From assembly GCF_009914755.1 (NCBI RefSeq), contig NC_060934.1: a stretch of 64,000 nt of DNA; one strand, given 5' to 3'. The number at the start of each line of letters is the position of its first letter. Position 1 is the stretch's first letter. This DNA comes from the human T2T-CHM13v2.0 reference genome, Homo sapiens. The position numbers and the translations under genes are program-made. Below are positions 38,056 through 53,123 of the stretch, piece by piece. The notes beneath the pieces are model-generated. The model was not told the DNA's origin. It worked only from the letters and a program-made list of their open reading frames with translations, and did not search any database.

Positions 38056-38398
38056 GAGTCCTCTGCTTATGAGTAGTGACTTTGGACACATCCTTTCACC
38101 CTTCTGTGCATCAGTTTTCCTACGTGTAGATTGGGCATAACAACAGGTTGTTGGAGAGGTTAAGTTAGCACCCTACATGGTGCATGGTAAGCACTCATCA
38201 CATGCCAGCTGTTACTAACGGGTTCCCAGTGTCAACGCTGCTACTGAAATATCTCCTTTCATTTTCTTCCTCACTATTCCTACAGCTCCTGCCTCTGCTC
38301 ATCACTTCTCCTTCACCCCTCTTATCCTGATTGCTGCAGTAACCTCCTGCCTTCAAAGGCATCTCCCTCCAATCTATTCCCTATATTTAAAAAATTCA

Positions 38399-38786
<388 letters not shown>

Positions 38787-39203
38787 TTAAAGCTCTGCCC
38801 CCTTGGCTTCATTTCCAGGACTTCCCTCTCCAGTCTCTCTCTCCCGCCCACCCTGTATCTCCAGCCACCGCGGGCTCCCTGCAGGTTTTGCACAGTGAGC
38901 CCTGCTCTTTCAGACCTCTCCATTGTTGCAGGTGCCATTCTGCCTGGCTGAAGCCCATCCTCCCTTCCTCCCTGGGCTTCACCTCCTTGAGGAAGTTCAT
39001 CTGGGTCTGTAGGTGACTGTGGCTGTAGAGACTGGTGGGATTGAGATGGCTGACACTCGCACACTGACCCCCACCTGGGCCGTCCTCCGCTTGCTCCTGA
39101 GTTTGCTTTGAGGACTGACCTCATTTGAGCCCAGTGTTTACAGGAGTCTCTGGCATTATGGAAAACTAAGGGTCCCACAGTGACAAGACTTGTTTTCCCA
39201 CAG

Positions 39204-39301
39204 CTGCCGAACCCTTCAGCCCTCCGCGAGGAGACTCAGCTCAGAGCACAGCGTGTGACAGACACATGGCTGTGCAACGCCGTCTAGATGTCATGGAGGA
39301 G
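39204..39301 (+). CDS. PLAC9: PLAC9 coding exon 2 ([33 protein letters not shown])
   Basis: Acceptor TTGTTTTCCCACAG, donor GAG|GTAACA; 98 nt; continues the exon 1 frame. Confidence 0.95.
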
Positions 39302-39832
39302 GTAACAGGGTGGTTTGGAAGGACATGCGAGTTCAGGACCACCTTCTAGGATGGTGTTTTTATGGGCAGATGCAAGCTTGCTTTGGAATGTGAGGACATC
39401 CGGGCCGATCCTGCCCTGTGGCCACCTCGTCCAACATCACCCTCCCATCTAGGCTGCCGGGCTGCCCAGCCCCCAGTGGACCCTGCCTCCCCTAAGGCCT
39501 TGCTTACCCCCACCCGGATATTTCAACATCATTACTGGATGGGAAGGTGGAAATTCAGTCACTGTTTTGTTATATAGCCACGATTCCTAACTTGTGTGGG
39601 GAAAAGTTTACATCTTTATTGTCACAAGCCTTTAACTGAAATTGAGCATTCTCATTCATCATAAATACAAACAGCGAGCCGTGGTATTAACAGTACTATA
39701 ACTTTGTCATCAATAGAAATCCAGATAATTTCATCTTCTAGTTATGAATATCTCAACATATAATTTTTATCCTTCCTTATGTCAAAATTTCAGTTGTTAT
39801 TAGGCCTGATGTTAAATCATGTGATTTAGTGA

Positions 39833-40006
<174 letters not shown>

Positions 40007-40128
40007 TAATTTCTGTATTTATTTTGTAGAGGCAAGGTTTTGCTATGTTGCCCAGGCTGGTCTCGAACTCCTGAGCTCAAGCCATCTGCCCACCTCGGCC
40101 TCCCAAGGTGCTGGGATTACAGGCATGA

Positions 40129-40401
<273 letters not shown>

Positions 40402-41017
40402 TAGTCTCAAACTCCTGACCTCAAGTGATCTCGCCTCAACCTCCCAAAGTGCTGGGATTACAGGCGTGAGCCACCATGCTGGGCCAAAAAGTTTAATTTT
40501 AAATACTTGAATTTTTTTTTTTTTTTTTTTTTTTTTTTGAGGCAGAGTCTCACTCTGTCACCCAGGCTGGAGTGCAATGGTGTGATCTCGGCTCACTGCA
40601 ACCTCCACCTCCCGGTTCAAGTGATTCTCTTGCCTCAGCCTCCCGAGTAGCTGAGACTACAGACGCGCACCACCATGCCCGGCTTCTTTTTGTATTTTTA
40701 GTAGAGACAGGGTTTCGCCACGTTGGCTAGGCTGATCTTGAACTCCTGACCTCCGATGATCTGCCCCCCTTGGCCTCCCAAAGTGCTGGGATTACAGGCG
40801 TGAGCCACCACGCCCGGCCTAATACTTGAATAATATTTTAATGCAATTGGTGCCCTTAGTAATTCTATATGTTTTATTTTTTGCATTTAAGGCATTATTC
40901 TGAGAAGAGGTCTGTAGGCTTCACCACACTGCCAATGGGGTCCATGGCATACACAGGGAAAAACCATTAAGAACTCAGTAAATTTCAGAATCCCAAACCT
41001 GTCATTTGGCAGAGATA

Positions 41018-41031
41018 CCACCAGGGGGCGG
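41018..41031 (+). promoter_or_regulatory. CTCF core motif in PLAC9 intron 2
   Basis: CCACCAGGGGGCG matches the CTCF consensus CCACCAGGGGGCGC; binding is not shown. Confidence 0.6.
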
Positions 41032-41345
41032 AACAACAAAAGGAATGTGAGCTCCAGGCTGCAAAGTCCAAAAGGGAGAAGGTATTCTACAGGCGCTTCA
41101 TCCAAATCTGTGACTAAGTGCCAAAAAAGAAGGAGCCTTAGAGAGCAAGCCCCCTAGGATATTGTCATCTGGGGAAACTGAGGCAGGTAGGGGCAGAGCC
41201 TGAGTGAGGAAAACCCAGGTCACTTAGCGCCCAGTCCTTTCCCACTGCACCGCACTGGACCGCCAGCTGCTCTCTTAGGACCTAGCTGATGAAGCGGAAC
41301 GTGGAACCACTTCTGTCCTCGACTTTACCCCACTTCCCACTCTAG

Positions 41346-41466
41346 ATGGTAGAGAAGACCGTGGATCACCTGGGGACAGAGGTGAAAGGCCTGCTGGGCC
41401 TGCTGGAGGAGCTGGCCTGGAACCTGCCCCCGGGACCCTTCAGCCCCGCTCCCGACCTTCTCGGAG
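41346..41466 (+). CDS. PLAC9: PLAC9 coding exon 3 ([40 protein letters not shown])
   Basis: Acceptor CTTCCCACTCTAG, donor GAG|GTGAGC; 121 nt; matches the start of ORF 41346..41789. Confidence 0.95.
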
Positions 41467-42022
41467 GTGAGCAGTGCAGGTGGCAGAGGACAGCCTCTGG
41501 GCGGCTGTCATCTGGCGCTGGGCAGGCGAGACAGGGACGGCTGCTCCACTGCACAGGTGTAGCCTGGCTGGCAGGGAGGGCCCCAGCGCTCCCTGGGGAC
41601 GGAAGCGGGACGGCATCATCCCTGCTCCCCGCCCGCCCCGCCCCACCTGCCACACCCGGTGGCTGCCGCCCAGTGTCAAATGAGGTTCTGGAAGAGCCGG
41701 CCCTAGATGCCATCTCAGCACAACCCCTGCGCGGAGAAACTGCCTCCTTCATTAGCCTTCTCACGACTGGAGCTTCTCAGCTCCTTTAATTTTCCCCTGA
41801 GCAGCCACTCCTGTTCCACCCCAAAACTCTCGCAGGGAAGACGGGCGTCCCCACTGATCAGGCAGGGTTGGGGTTGCACTCTGCTCTCTCCTTGATCCTT
41901 GTGTCCCGCGCGCAGTAGTTCCTGGGGGCCGGGGAGGGAAGGGAAGGAACTGCTGGGCACCACGGGGGCAGGTACTCTGCGGCACCCCAGCTTGCTCACT
42001 GGGGGCCTCTGCTTTCTTTCAG

Positions 42023-42033
42023 ATGGCTTCTGA
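42023..42033 (+). CDS. PLAC9: PLAC9 coding exon 4 (DGF-stop); 3'UTR follows to about 42160
   Basis: Acceptor GCTTTCTTTCAG; total CDS 64+98+121+11=294 nt = 97 aa plus TGA, the known PLAC9 length. Confidence 0.93.
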
Positions 42034-42134
42034 GCCCTGGAGCTGGAGCCCAGCAGTTGGAGGTGGTGCACCTGCCAGGCAGCGCCCACAGAACCAGCCC
42101 TGTCCTCTCGACTTCCTTCCTTAGCTTCATGTGA

Positions 42135-42140
42135 AATAAA
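42135..42140 (+). terminator. PLAC9: PLAC9 polyadenylation signal AATAAA
   Basis: AATAAA about 100 nt after the stop, followed by GU/U-rich TCTGTGTCTG. Confidence 0.85.
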
Positions 42141-42534
42141 AGCTATTCTGGTCTCCTCTGTGTCTGCTGACAGAGTAACCCGTTTAACTACAGCCTCCTC
42201 TCACTCCACTTCCATGCCTGGAGGAAGCCTGCAACCCCCTCCAGGCTCAGACCTGGGGACACCCCCACTCCTGTCATTTATAGGGGCAGATGGAGCAGGG
42301 GTTGATTCACACAGATGGGGGCCCTTTGAGTGGCCTTGCTTCTCAAAATGTGGCCATAGGTGAAAAGCAAGGGGATCAGGGTCTCAGGACCCACCCAGAC
42401 TGTTTAATCCAAATCTGCATTGCAATGAGACCCCCAGGGATTTTATGTGTCCATTAAAGTGGTTTGTTGTTGTTTTTAAAAATTTTTCCTATGAAGTGAA
42501 ATTCAATGTAAAATTCATCATTTTAACCATTTTA

Positions 42535-42678
<144 letters not shown>

Positions 42679-43048
42679 TTAGCCGGGCATAGTGGCACGT
42701 GCCTGTAGTCCCAGCTACTCAGGAGGCTGGGGTGGGAGGATCACCTGAGCCCTGGAGGTCAAGGCTGTGGTGAGCCATGATCATGCCACTGCACTCCAGC
42801 CTGGGAGACAGTGAGACCTTGTCTCAAAAAAAAAAAAAAGAAAAAGAAAAAAAATTGTACAAATGCAGTGGCTTCCAGTACATTCAGAAGTTGTGCAGTC
42901 ATCACCACCAGTTCCAGAACATTGTTCTCTCTCTAGAAAGAAACTGTGTATCTATTAAGCAGTCACATCCCATTCCCGCTCCCCACACCCCACTGGAAAC
43001 CACTGATCTCTGTCTTCACGAACTTGCCTATTCTGGACATTTTAAATA

Positions 43049-43633
43049 CAGTAGTCCGGCTTTATCTGTGGTTTCACCTTCCATGGTTTCAGTTACCTGC
43101 AGTCAACCACAGTCCTAAAATATTAAACTCCAGAAATAAACAATATATGAGTTTTCAATTGCACATCATTCTAAGTGGCGTGATGAAATCTCTTGCCATC
43201 CCACTTCATCCCGCCCCGGATGTGAATGCTCCCTTTGTCCAGCATGGTCCACGCCGTCTACACTTCCTGCCTGTTAGTCACTTAGCAGCCTTCTCAGTTA
43301 CCAGATCAATGGCCACAGTATCACAGTGCTTGTGTTCCAGCAACACTTCTTTCTCTTAATCAAGACCCAAAGTGCAAGAGCAGTGCTGCTGGCATATGGT
43401 TGTTGTTTTTCACACAACTCTCCCTTCACAGAAGCTGGCATATTGTTCTAATTGTTCTATTTTATTCTTAGCTATCGTTGCTAATCTCTTATGGTGCCTA
43501 ATTTATAAATTAAACTTCATAGGTATGCATGCATAGGAAAAAACATAGTATAATAGGATTAGATACTATTGTGGTTTCAGGCATCTGCTAGGGGTATTGA
43601 AATTTATCCCCTGAAGGTAAGGGGGTAGTACTG
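43049..43633. mobile_element. MER44 (TcMar-Tigger MITE) inserted into an old L1
   Basis: Termini CAGTAGTCC... and ...GGGTAGTACTG; TA target duplication (43047-48, 43634-35); L1 sequence resumes across it. Confidence 0.85.
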
Positions 43634-43803
43634 TAGGTAGAATCACACAATACGTAGTCTAGCTGTATCTGGCTTCTTTCTCTGAGCATAATGTTTTCAA
43701 GGGCCATCTGTATTGTAGCATGTATCGGTACTTAATTCCTTCTTACGGATGAATAATGTTTCATTGTATGAATATACCACATTTTATTCTTTTATTTTTT
43801 TAG

Positions 43804-44017
<214 letters not shown>

Positions 44018-44456
44018 TGATCCACCCGCCTCAGCCTCCCAAAGTGCTGGGATTACAGGTGTGAGCCACCACACCTGGCCCACATTTTATTCATTTATTC
44101 GACAATTGAGGGACATTTGGGTTGTTTGCATTTTTTAGCTATCATGAATAATGTTGCTATGAACATCCGTATGAGTTTTTGTGTGAATATTTGTTTTTTA
44201 ATTTGTTTTGGGTCTATATGTAGGAATGAAATTGCTGAGTCACATGGTAACTCTTACGTTTAACTTTTTGAAGAACCACCAAACTCTTTTGTATTGCAGC
44301 TGTACTATTTTACATTCCCACCTGCAATATTAGCTGTGGCTTATTCATAGATGCCCTCTAGCAGGTTGAGACATTTTCCTTCTAGTCTTAGTTGAGTGTT
44401 TTTTTAATCATGAAAGGATGTTGGGTTTTTTCAAATGCTTTTTCTGCATCAATTGA

Positions 44457-44814
<358 letters not shown>

Positions 44815-44929
44815 TGATTTTCATATATTAAATGACCTTTGCAGTCCTGGGATAAATTTCACTTGGTCATGGTGTATAATGCTTTTAATATGCTGCTGGA
44901 TTTAGTCTGCCAGCATGTTGTTCAGGATT

Positions 44930-46200
44930 TTCGTTCCTGGGCCACAATTCTAGACACACCCTGGGCTGGAAGGGAACCCACTGCCTTGAAGGAAAGGACC
45001 CAGTCTTGGCTGCATTCATTGCCTGTTAACTGAAGAGCCCTTGGTCCCTGAATAACCAGCAGAGATACCTGGGTACTATGCTGAGGGCCTTGGGTGAGAC
45101 TCGGTCTTGTCGGTTTCAGGTTCAGATTCAGCCAGCACATTCCCAGCTGTGGTGGTTACAAGGCAAGATTCCTGCTAGAGAAAAGTGGAGGGAAAAGTAA
45201 AGTGGGCTTTGTCTTACACCTTAGATACCAGCTCAACCACAGGACAGTAAAGCACCAAATGGTTCTTGGGAATGCCAATTCCAGGACTTGTCTCTTAGAT
45301 GGCATTTATGGACCTACCCTGGGCCAGAGGGGCGCCCACTGCCCTGGAGGGGGGGTCCCATGCCAGGCAGCATTCACCACCAGCTGGTTGAAGACTCCCT
45401 GGGCCTTAAGAGAACATCAGCAGTAGTCTGGCAGTACTCCCTGTGGGCCTGTGGTGGCGGTGGCCATGGAGTGAGGCACCTCTGCCTTGGGAAAGGGGAA
45501 GCAAGAGAGGGAAGGACTGCATCTTGTGGATTCAGTGCCAGCTCACCTGCAGTATAACAGAACACCAGGTAGACTTCTAAGATTTTTTACCCTAGTTGCT
45601 GGCTCCCAGATGGCACCTCTGGGCCCAGCTGGGGCCTGGAGGACCTTGCTGTTCTGAAGGGAAGGACACAAGCCTGGCTGGCTCTGCCACCAGCCGATTG
45701 TAGAGCCCCAGGGCCTTGAGCAGACATAGGCAGTAGCCAGGGAGTGGTAACTGCAGGCCTTGGGTGAGAGCCAGTGCTGTGCTGGCTTTCAGGTCTGACC
45801 CAGTGCAGTCCTAGTGGTGGTGGCCACAGGGGTGCTTGTGTCCTTTCACCCCCAGCTTCAGGTGGCTTAGAACAGAGAAAGGGACTCCCTTTGTTTGGGA
45901 GACAGTAACGGAATGAACAAGAGTCTCTGTATGGTAATCCAGAGAATCCTGAATCTTGTCCAAGACCATCAAGGCAGTAACTCTATGAGGCTAAAAAAAA
46001 ACCAAAGTGTTATTGGGCTTGGGGTGAATCCTTAAGCATATACAGCTTAGAGCACAACACCCAAGCCATTCAAATATCTGGAAAGCCTTCCCAAGAAGGA
46101 TAGGTACAAACAAGCACAGACTGTGAAGACTATGATAAATACCTAACTCTTCAATGCTCAGACACAGATGAACATCTACAAGTATCAAGACCACCCAAGA
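44930..46200 (+). mobile_element. L1PB-type 5'UTR plus ORF1 start fragment
   Basis: Internally repeated GC-rich L1PB 5' monomers (TGAAGGGAAGGAC, GGGCCTTGGGTGAGA), ending at an ORF1-start-like CAGACACAGATGAACATCTACAAGTATCAAGACCA. Confidence 0.7.
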
Positions 46201-47117
46201 TTTTCCTTTCAGCACACTGAATATGTCATCTCATTGCCTTCTCACTTCCATGATGTTGGATGAGAAATTGGCTATTAATCTTATCGAAGATTTCTTGTAC
46301 GTGTCCAGTGGCTCTTTCTGCTTTCAGGATTTGCTTTGCTTTTGGACAGTATGATTATAATGTGTTTCAATGTCACACTGAGTGTCTCTTTGAGTTGACC
46401 CTACTTACAATTCATTGAGCTTTTTGTATGTGTAGATTAATGTCTTTCATTATGTTTTCAGCCATTGTTTCTTTAAAAATTTCTTCTACATTCACTCTTC
46501 TCTTGATTCTTATTAGGTGTATGTTGGTACACTTGATGGTGTCCTGCAGGTGTCTTAGGCTCAGTTAGCTTTTTTGTTGTTGTTGTTTTTCTTTCTGCAC
46601 CTCAGAATGGGTAATCTCAATTGACCTATCTTGAAGTTTGCTGATTTTTGTCTTCTTCCTTTTTAAGTCTGCTCTGGAACCCTTCCAATGAATTTTTTAT
46701 TTGTGTACTTCTCAATTCCAGAACTTCTATTTGGTTCCTTTTTATAATTCCAGTCTCTTTACCAATATTGGTGAGACATCATTCTCCTGGTTTCCTTTAG
46801 TTCTTTGACCTTTCTGAAAATAATTGACTTAAAGTCTTGTCTGTTAAGTCCAATGTCTGAGCTTTCCTCAGTTTCTATTAACAGATTTTTTTTCTATGTA
46901 TGAGCCATACTTTGTTTCTTCGCATACCTCATAGTTTTTGTTGAAAACTGAACATTCTGAATATTATTTATAATGTGGCAAGTTTGGAAATAAAATTATT
47001 CCTCCACTGTGTCACCTAGGCTGGAGTGCAATGGCAGGATTATGGCTCACTACAGCCTGGACCTCCCAGGGTCAGGTGATCCTCCCACCTCAGCCTCCTG
47101 GGCAGCTGGGACTATAA

Positions 47118-47354
<237 letters not shown>

Positions 47355-48028
47355 TAGTGGTCAGCTAGTGATTCAAAAGATTTCTTTGAACACTTGGAAC
47401 AACAAAATGCCTCGTAGCATTTGCAGATGTGTTCTGTGTTGGGACACACCTTTCAACCTTCACCCATGCAGTTTATAACTATGCCTTAGCCTTCACTTCC
47501 TGCTTGCACAGAGCCTGAAGGTCAGGCAGAGGTGACAGCATAGGGCCCTCTCAAGTCTTTTTAAGCACATGCCCAGCCCTAGGCATGTGTATGGTCTTTC
47601 AGATTCCCAGGAATATGTGGAATCTCTTTAAAGTCCTTATTCTCGCCCAAAGAATCTTATTTCCTAGCCTTTCCTCCTGAAGCTTTTCAATTTGTCTCCT
47701 GTTTGCTCCAAATGTTATTCCTTCCCCTAGGCATGAGCCACTAATACACTGACCTTGAAACGTCTTTCCAGGCTGCCATCTTCACTTTAGGAGAGCTCCA
47801 AATTAGGCAAAATAAAAGAAAGGCATTTGAACCAGTCCTTCAGGGAGCAACAAATCAAATCAAAATCAACATACTTCTTGAAAATAAGGTCTAATCTGCT
47901 ACCTCCAGTGACAGGAACCTATACAGGGAATGAGGGATATTGTTTTTGATGCTGCTGCCATGCTGGGGAGTGGGGGATGGGGCCAGGGTAAGCTAAAACA
48001 CAACAAAGCTCTCTTACTAAATCCAGCT

Positions 48029-48034
48029 TTTATT
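48029..48034 (-). terminator. ANXA11: Candidate distal polyA signal (AATAAA on -) of a long (about 5 kb) ANXA11 3'UTR
   Basis: TTTATT on +; on - it is followed by GU-rich TTTGTTGTGTTTT; actual usage is inferred. Confidence 0.55.
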
Positions 48035-49617
48035 CTTAGGTATTCACCTGATTGCTGTAAACTTTCAATTCGTTTCCAGAGTTCCCATAAATTTGAGTTT
48101 TTGCCACCTTATTTGCTGCTTTTGTGGAAGGACAGACTTGTGGAATTTCCTATTCCATTTCGTTGACCACATTAAAGTTTTAGAAGCTCTCCTCTAGTCT
48201 ACCCTTCATTTTAAAAAGTCAAAAAGACAGGAAGTGACATATCCAGGGTCACACAACAAATCAGGGGCTGAGCTGAGATCAGAATAAGGATGTTTGACTC
48301 TCAGGTCAGAGCTCTTTCTGCTTCAGGACTTCATCAGCTCTTAGTGTTGAGAAGGAGTCAGGCTCAAGCTAAACACCAATATTAGGCCAAGGGGCAGCTT
48401 TCCAAGGAGTAGGGGCTGAGGGTAAGAGTCCTTGGTATACCTGGTGGGCTTGACTGACTCCTTTACTGACAGGGGACCCTACATGAGTCCAGGTTGTGGA
48501 CTGAGTAATGATGTCCCTATCCCTTAGAAAAACACAGGCAGAGAGCTTTCAGATTTGATGGGGGTGAAAATGTAAACCTTTATCTTTCTGAGGACATGTA
48601 TTTAGCTTGATGTTTCTAGGTCTCATTCCACTCCATCTCGGCCAGGGCAGGAAAGAGCCTACAGCAGAAATAAGGAGCCAGGTCCTAAGGTAGGGCTGTA
48701 ACTCCCTGCCAAGGCCAACAGAAAATGGGCATGGCATGGCATTAAACCACCACTTTGACCGTGGGCACCTGCAAAGGTTCATCTTTCAGCTCCCTCTTCC
48801 CAAAGCTAGGAGTGCCTCATCTCATCTCTCATCACCTGACTGAATTCCAAGCAGACTGTGCCATCTGCTCACCTGCCCTCTGGAGGAACACCTCTACTTT
48901 TGCGGTGTTCTCTGTGTGAGCACAGTAGTATTTAGATAAGCGTTAGATTACAGCAGGTTACAGATGCAGTTTCCCAGTCCCCACACCTGCTCAAAATGCA
49001 TGAGGGTCTGACCGCAGGAACTGCTCTTTAGCAAGCTCCCCTGATGATCCTGATACACACTCAGGCTTGAAAACCACCACTTTAGGACCATCTACCCAGC
49101 CACAGGGTGAGCACTCCAAGGTTTCTTTCTTAAATTTTGCACCTGAGACAAATGCCACCAGGACTAGGGTGAGGCGAGTGAGGCTATCTGTCTCAGGTGC
49201 AAAACTATTTAATAGTGTTTCCTCCAGCGCCCCCACAGCTGCTGAAAATTCTCTCAGGGCTGAATTCATCTGGTGCTTCTATTTTAGAAGTCAGACTAGA
49301 TGTGTAGCATGGACTGGCCTTGACTAACATATCCAGGAGGCAGGAGAAGACCCATTGTGTTCTATCCCAGAAAGATGACCTGTAAGGTTGCACATCTTTC
49401 TCCCTATCTTTTTTGTCCTAAGCATAATAAACAGTGTTGATCCCAACCTCCCACTGACCTTGGAAGGCAGTAGGTGCCTTTGCCTCTGGGAAGATCATGA
49501 GGCATTCATGCAGTCCTCCAGCCCATACTTAACATGGGTTGGATCCCTTGGGAGTGACCATGAGGGCAGCGAGAGGAACAGGAAGGCAGGGAGAAACAGG
49601 ACTAGGACAAACACAGG

Positions 49618-50245
49618 TGTCAGGTCCACAACTATGCCAAATGTCATGCCCAGGGTCAGGTTCCAGCCCATGCTGAGGTTCGAGGGGACTGGGTGGATGG
49701 GCGATAGCTGAAAGAAAACCTGGCGGGCCATAGGCAGGTAAAATGTAGTTTTATTCAGCAGCTATCTCATCAGCAGCTCTCACACTGTCCACCTTTACCT
49801 AGGCTGTCTTCTCCAGATCTGCAGCTCCTCTCAGCAGCCAGCTCTGTGGCTCCTGCCACCCCCATGCTTGCAGGTGCACTCCCTGGCTACAGGGTCAGCG
49901 GCTTAACTCTCCCTCTGGGCACAAGCTGAGCCATGTCCTGGCTCCCCTCTATCTATCTGCCAGATGGTCACTCTCCCTTACAGGGGTCAATAGCTTCACT
50001 CTCTCTGGGTGCTAGTGCACACCACGTGGAGCCATGCCCATCCGAGCCCAAGAACATCTGTACAGCGTCAGCAGGGCAGTTATACCTTTTCCAAACAATA
50101 GTGGCTTTGAGCCAAGTATGAACTTACACAAGCAGGTTATATAACAAGTGGAGTATACGCCTGTGACCTAAACTCGCTGAGTCACTCTGGCCTGGATATC
50201 CACCTTGGTCTACTCCTTGACCAAAGCACATCCATGTACTTTACA
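49618..50245 (-). mobile_element. Solo LTR, LTR18-like (ERVL class)
   Basis: TG...CA termini; 5-bp TSD ACAGG (49613-49617 / 50246-50250); minus-strand start TGTAAAGTACATGGATGTGCTTTGGTCAAGG; AP-1 TGAGTCA 50178; AATAAA(-) 49750-49755. Confidence 0.8.
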
Positions 50246-51059
50246 ACAGGTGGTCTCCAAGTGTGTAGACCAGGGTCTCAAACCCAAAGGCCTGCAGGAG
50301 CCAAATGGGTGACATGGGCTTAGTGTAATACAAGACGGAGCCTATAGCAAATAAGGAGTACAGGCCTAAAGGGGCAGCTGCAACTCAGCTCCAGCCATGC
50401 AGGAATGCAAGCCCCATAGTGCCAGAATTTCTGAGTTTTCAAGAGAAGCCAGAATTCCAGATTTTTAAAAATATGAAATCTCTCAATGTTTAAATGTTGG
50501 CAACAAATTCAAATGTCTAAAAACACTTTGGAAACCAAAGTAAATGTGTCTGTAGGTGCAATATTGCCTGCTGGGCACCAGGCTGGGAACTTTGGAGTAA
50601 ACAGGGCAAGGTAATGTCACAGAATATGGTCACATCAGAGCACATTGGTTCTAGGCCCCATCACAATTCAGGAGGCCCCCAGGGTCACCTTGAGTTCATG
50701 GCAAGTTGTATATGCCAAGCACCCCATCCCATCAGGCAGGTCCCACCTGGCACCCAAGGGCAAGGGGCCTGCCCTAGCAGAGGAGTTCTTGGGAGAGCAG
50801 CAGGGATGGGGCTTCAGCTTGGGCTTGAGGCATGGACTCTGACGCAGAGCTGACGTGTTGACCAGGACCTGCCATCAATCTCAGGTAGACCAGGCTAGTT
50901 CTCAGCTCATGGCTGCTCCACACCCTTTGGATGTCATTCTTCCTTTATGTTTAGGGGGTAGTCCTCAAGCAAATGTCTGCAGATGAGCTACTCCCTGGGG
51001 CTCCTGCCAGGACCCAGCAGGCTTGATCTAGCCTAGTCTCTCTGGATTCTCCCATTTCT

Positions 51060-51650
<591 letters not shown>

Positions 51651-52976
51651 GTCGATTCTCTCTTTTCTAAACCTCAACGCAGGAGGTTGGAAAAGGAGTG
51701 GGTGGAGACCCCTGATGCAAGGTAAGCTCTAGCTTCTGGACATGACACCATAATTCTCAGAAACTCTCTTATGGATTCTCTTCCCTCACACCACCAACCA
51801 ACGGGCACAGGGTCCCCAGAGACCAGAGCCAGGAGCCCCTTTCAGCCTGGAGGCACCCTGAGGGGAGGCACTGGTCTTGTGACTCTCTGGGTTGTCCCCA
51901 TCCTTCTCTCTGGCCCCCGCCGAGGGGCACCAGGAATTAGCACACACCCTTCTTCCCTCCTGGGACCTGGGTGAAGGACTGCATTCTTCGCACCACACCT
52001 TCAGTGGACTTCACTGCACCTGCAACCAACCAAGATCCCTTTGCCTTTCAGGTGTCTGGGCCTCCTGCCTGGATTTCGGGAACCTCCCTTCCCATGTCCT
52101 TACGAGTCCCTGCAAACTAGTGTATGCTCAGGGTTTCCTGCACACAAATCTCTATGTAAGGTTACATGAACTTTCACTGGCTGATAAGGCCAGACCTCTG
52201 AGCCACAGGGCAGAATCAAGCAGAAGAAAACAAGTTGGTACCAGGAAGACATTTCCAGACCATTCCAGAGCTGGCTGACTCTTAATGTGGAAACAAGTTT
52301 TGGCTACAGACATTCAGGTTTAAGGCACATACCACAAATTACAAGAAGCCCTGTCACTGACAGGGAACTGGCTTTGTTCTCGTGGTTTCTGCAAGGAAGA
52401 TGGAAGGAATGACTTTCTGGCCCTTTTTTTTTGTTTTTTCTAAAAAGGAGTGAGTTTGGCAGTAACAAAGCTCGTGACACACTCACCAGATGCACAGGCT
52501 ACCCTCTCAGGCACGCCTCCCTTTCTCTCCTCAGCGAGGACACGGTGCTTCACCCACCCAGTCGCCCTCACCAGAAATGTGTATGCAGCAAACAGACTTG
52601 TATGCCTCTGTCTGGCAATGACTGTAAGAAAAGAAAATATGCCTCCAAATAAAAATATACAATTACATGACGAAATGAAGCCAAGTCTTAGCCACAGGCA
52701 AAGGGGAATGATTGCATGAGTCAGAAAAATGAAACATCTATTTTAGCAGCAAGAGGCTGTGAGGGATGGGGTAGAAAAGGCATCCTGAGAGAGTTCTAGA
52801 CCGACCCAGGTCCTGTGGCACACTATACGGGTCAGGAGGGGTGGAAGACAGGCCTAAGCTCTAGGACGGTGAATCTCGGGGCTATTTGTGGATTTGTTAG
52901 AAACAGACATTCTTTTGGCCTTTTCCTGGCACTGGTGTTGCCGGCAGGTGGGCAGAAGTGAGCCACCAGTCACTGT

Positions 52977-53123
<147 letters not shown>

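Noticed and set aside
41467-41789. Read-through ORF from PLAC9 exon 3 into intron 3
   Set aside because: Strong donor at 41467; the extension is low-complexity GC-rich sequence
52648-52653. AATAAA near the ANXA11 stop
   Set aside because: It is on the + strand, antisense to ANXA11
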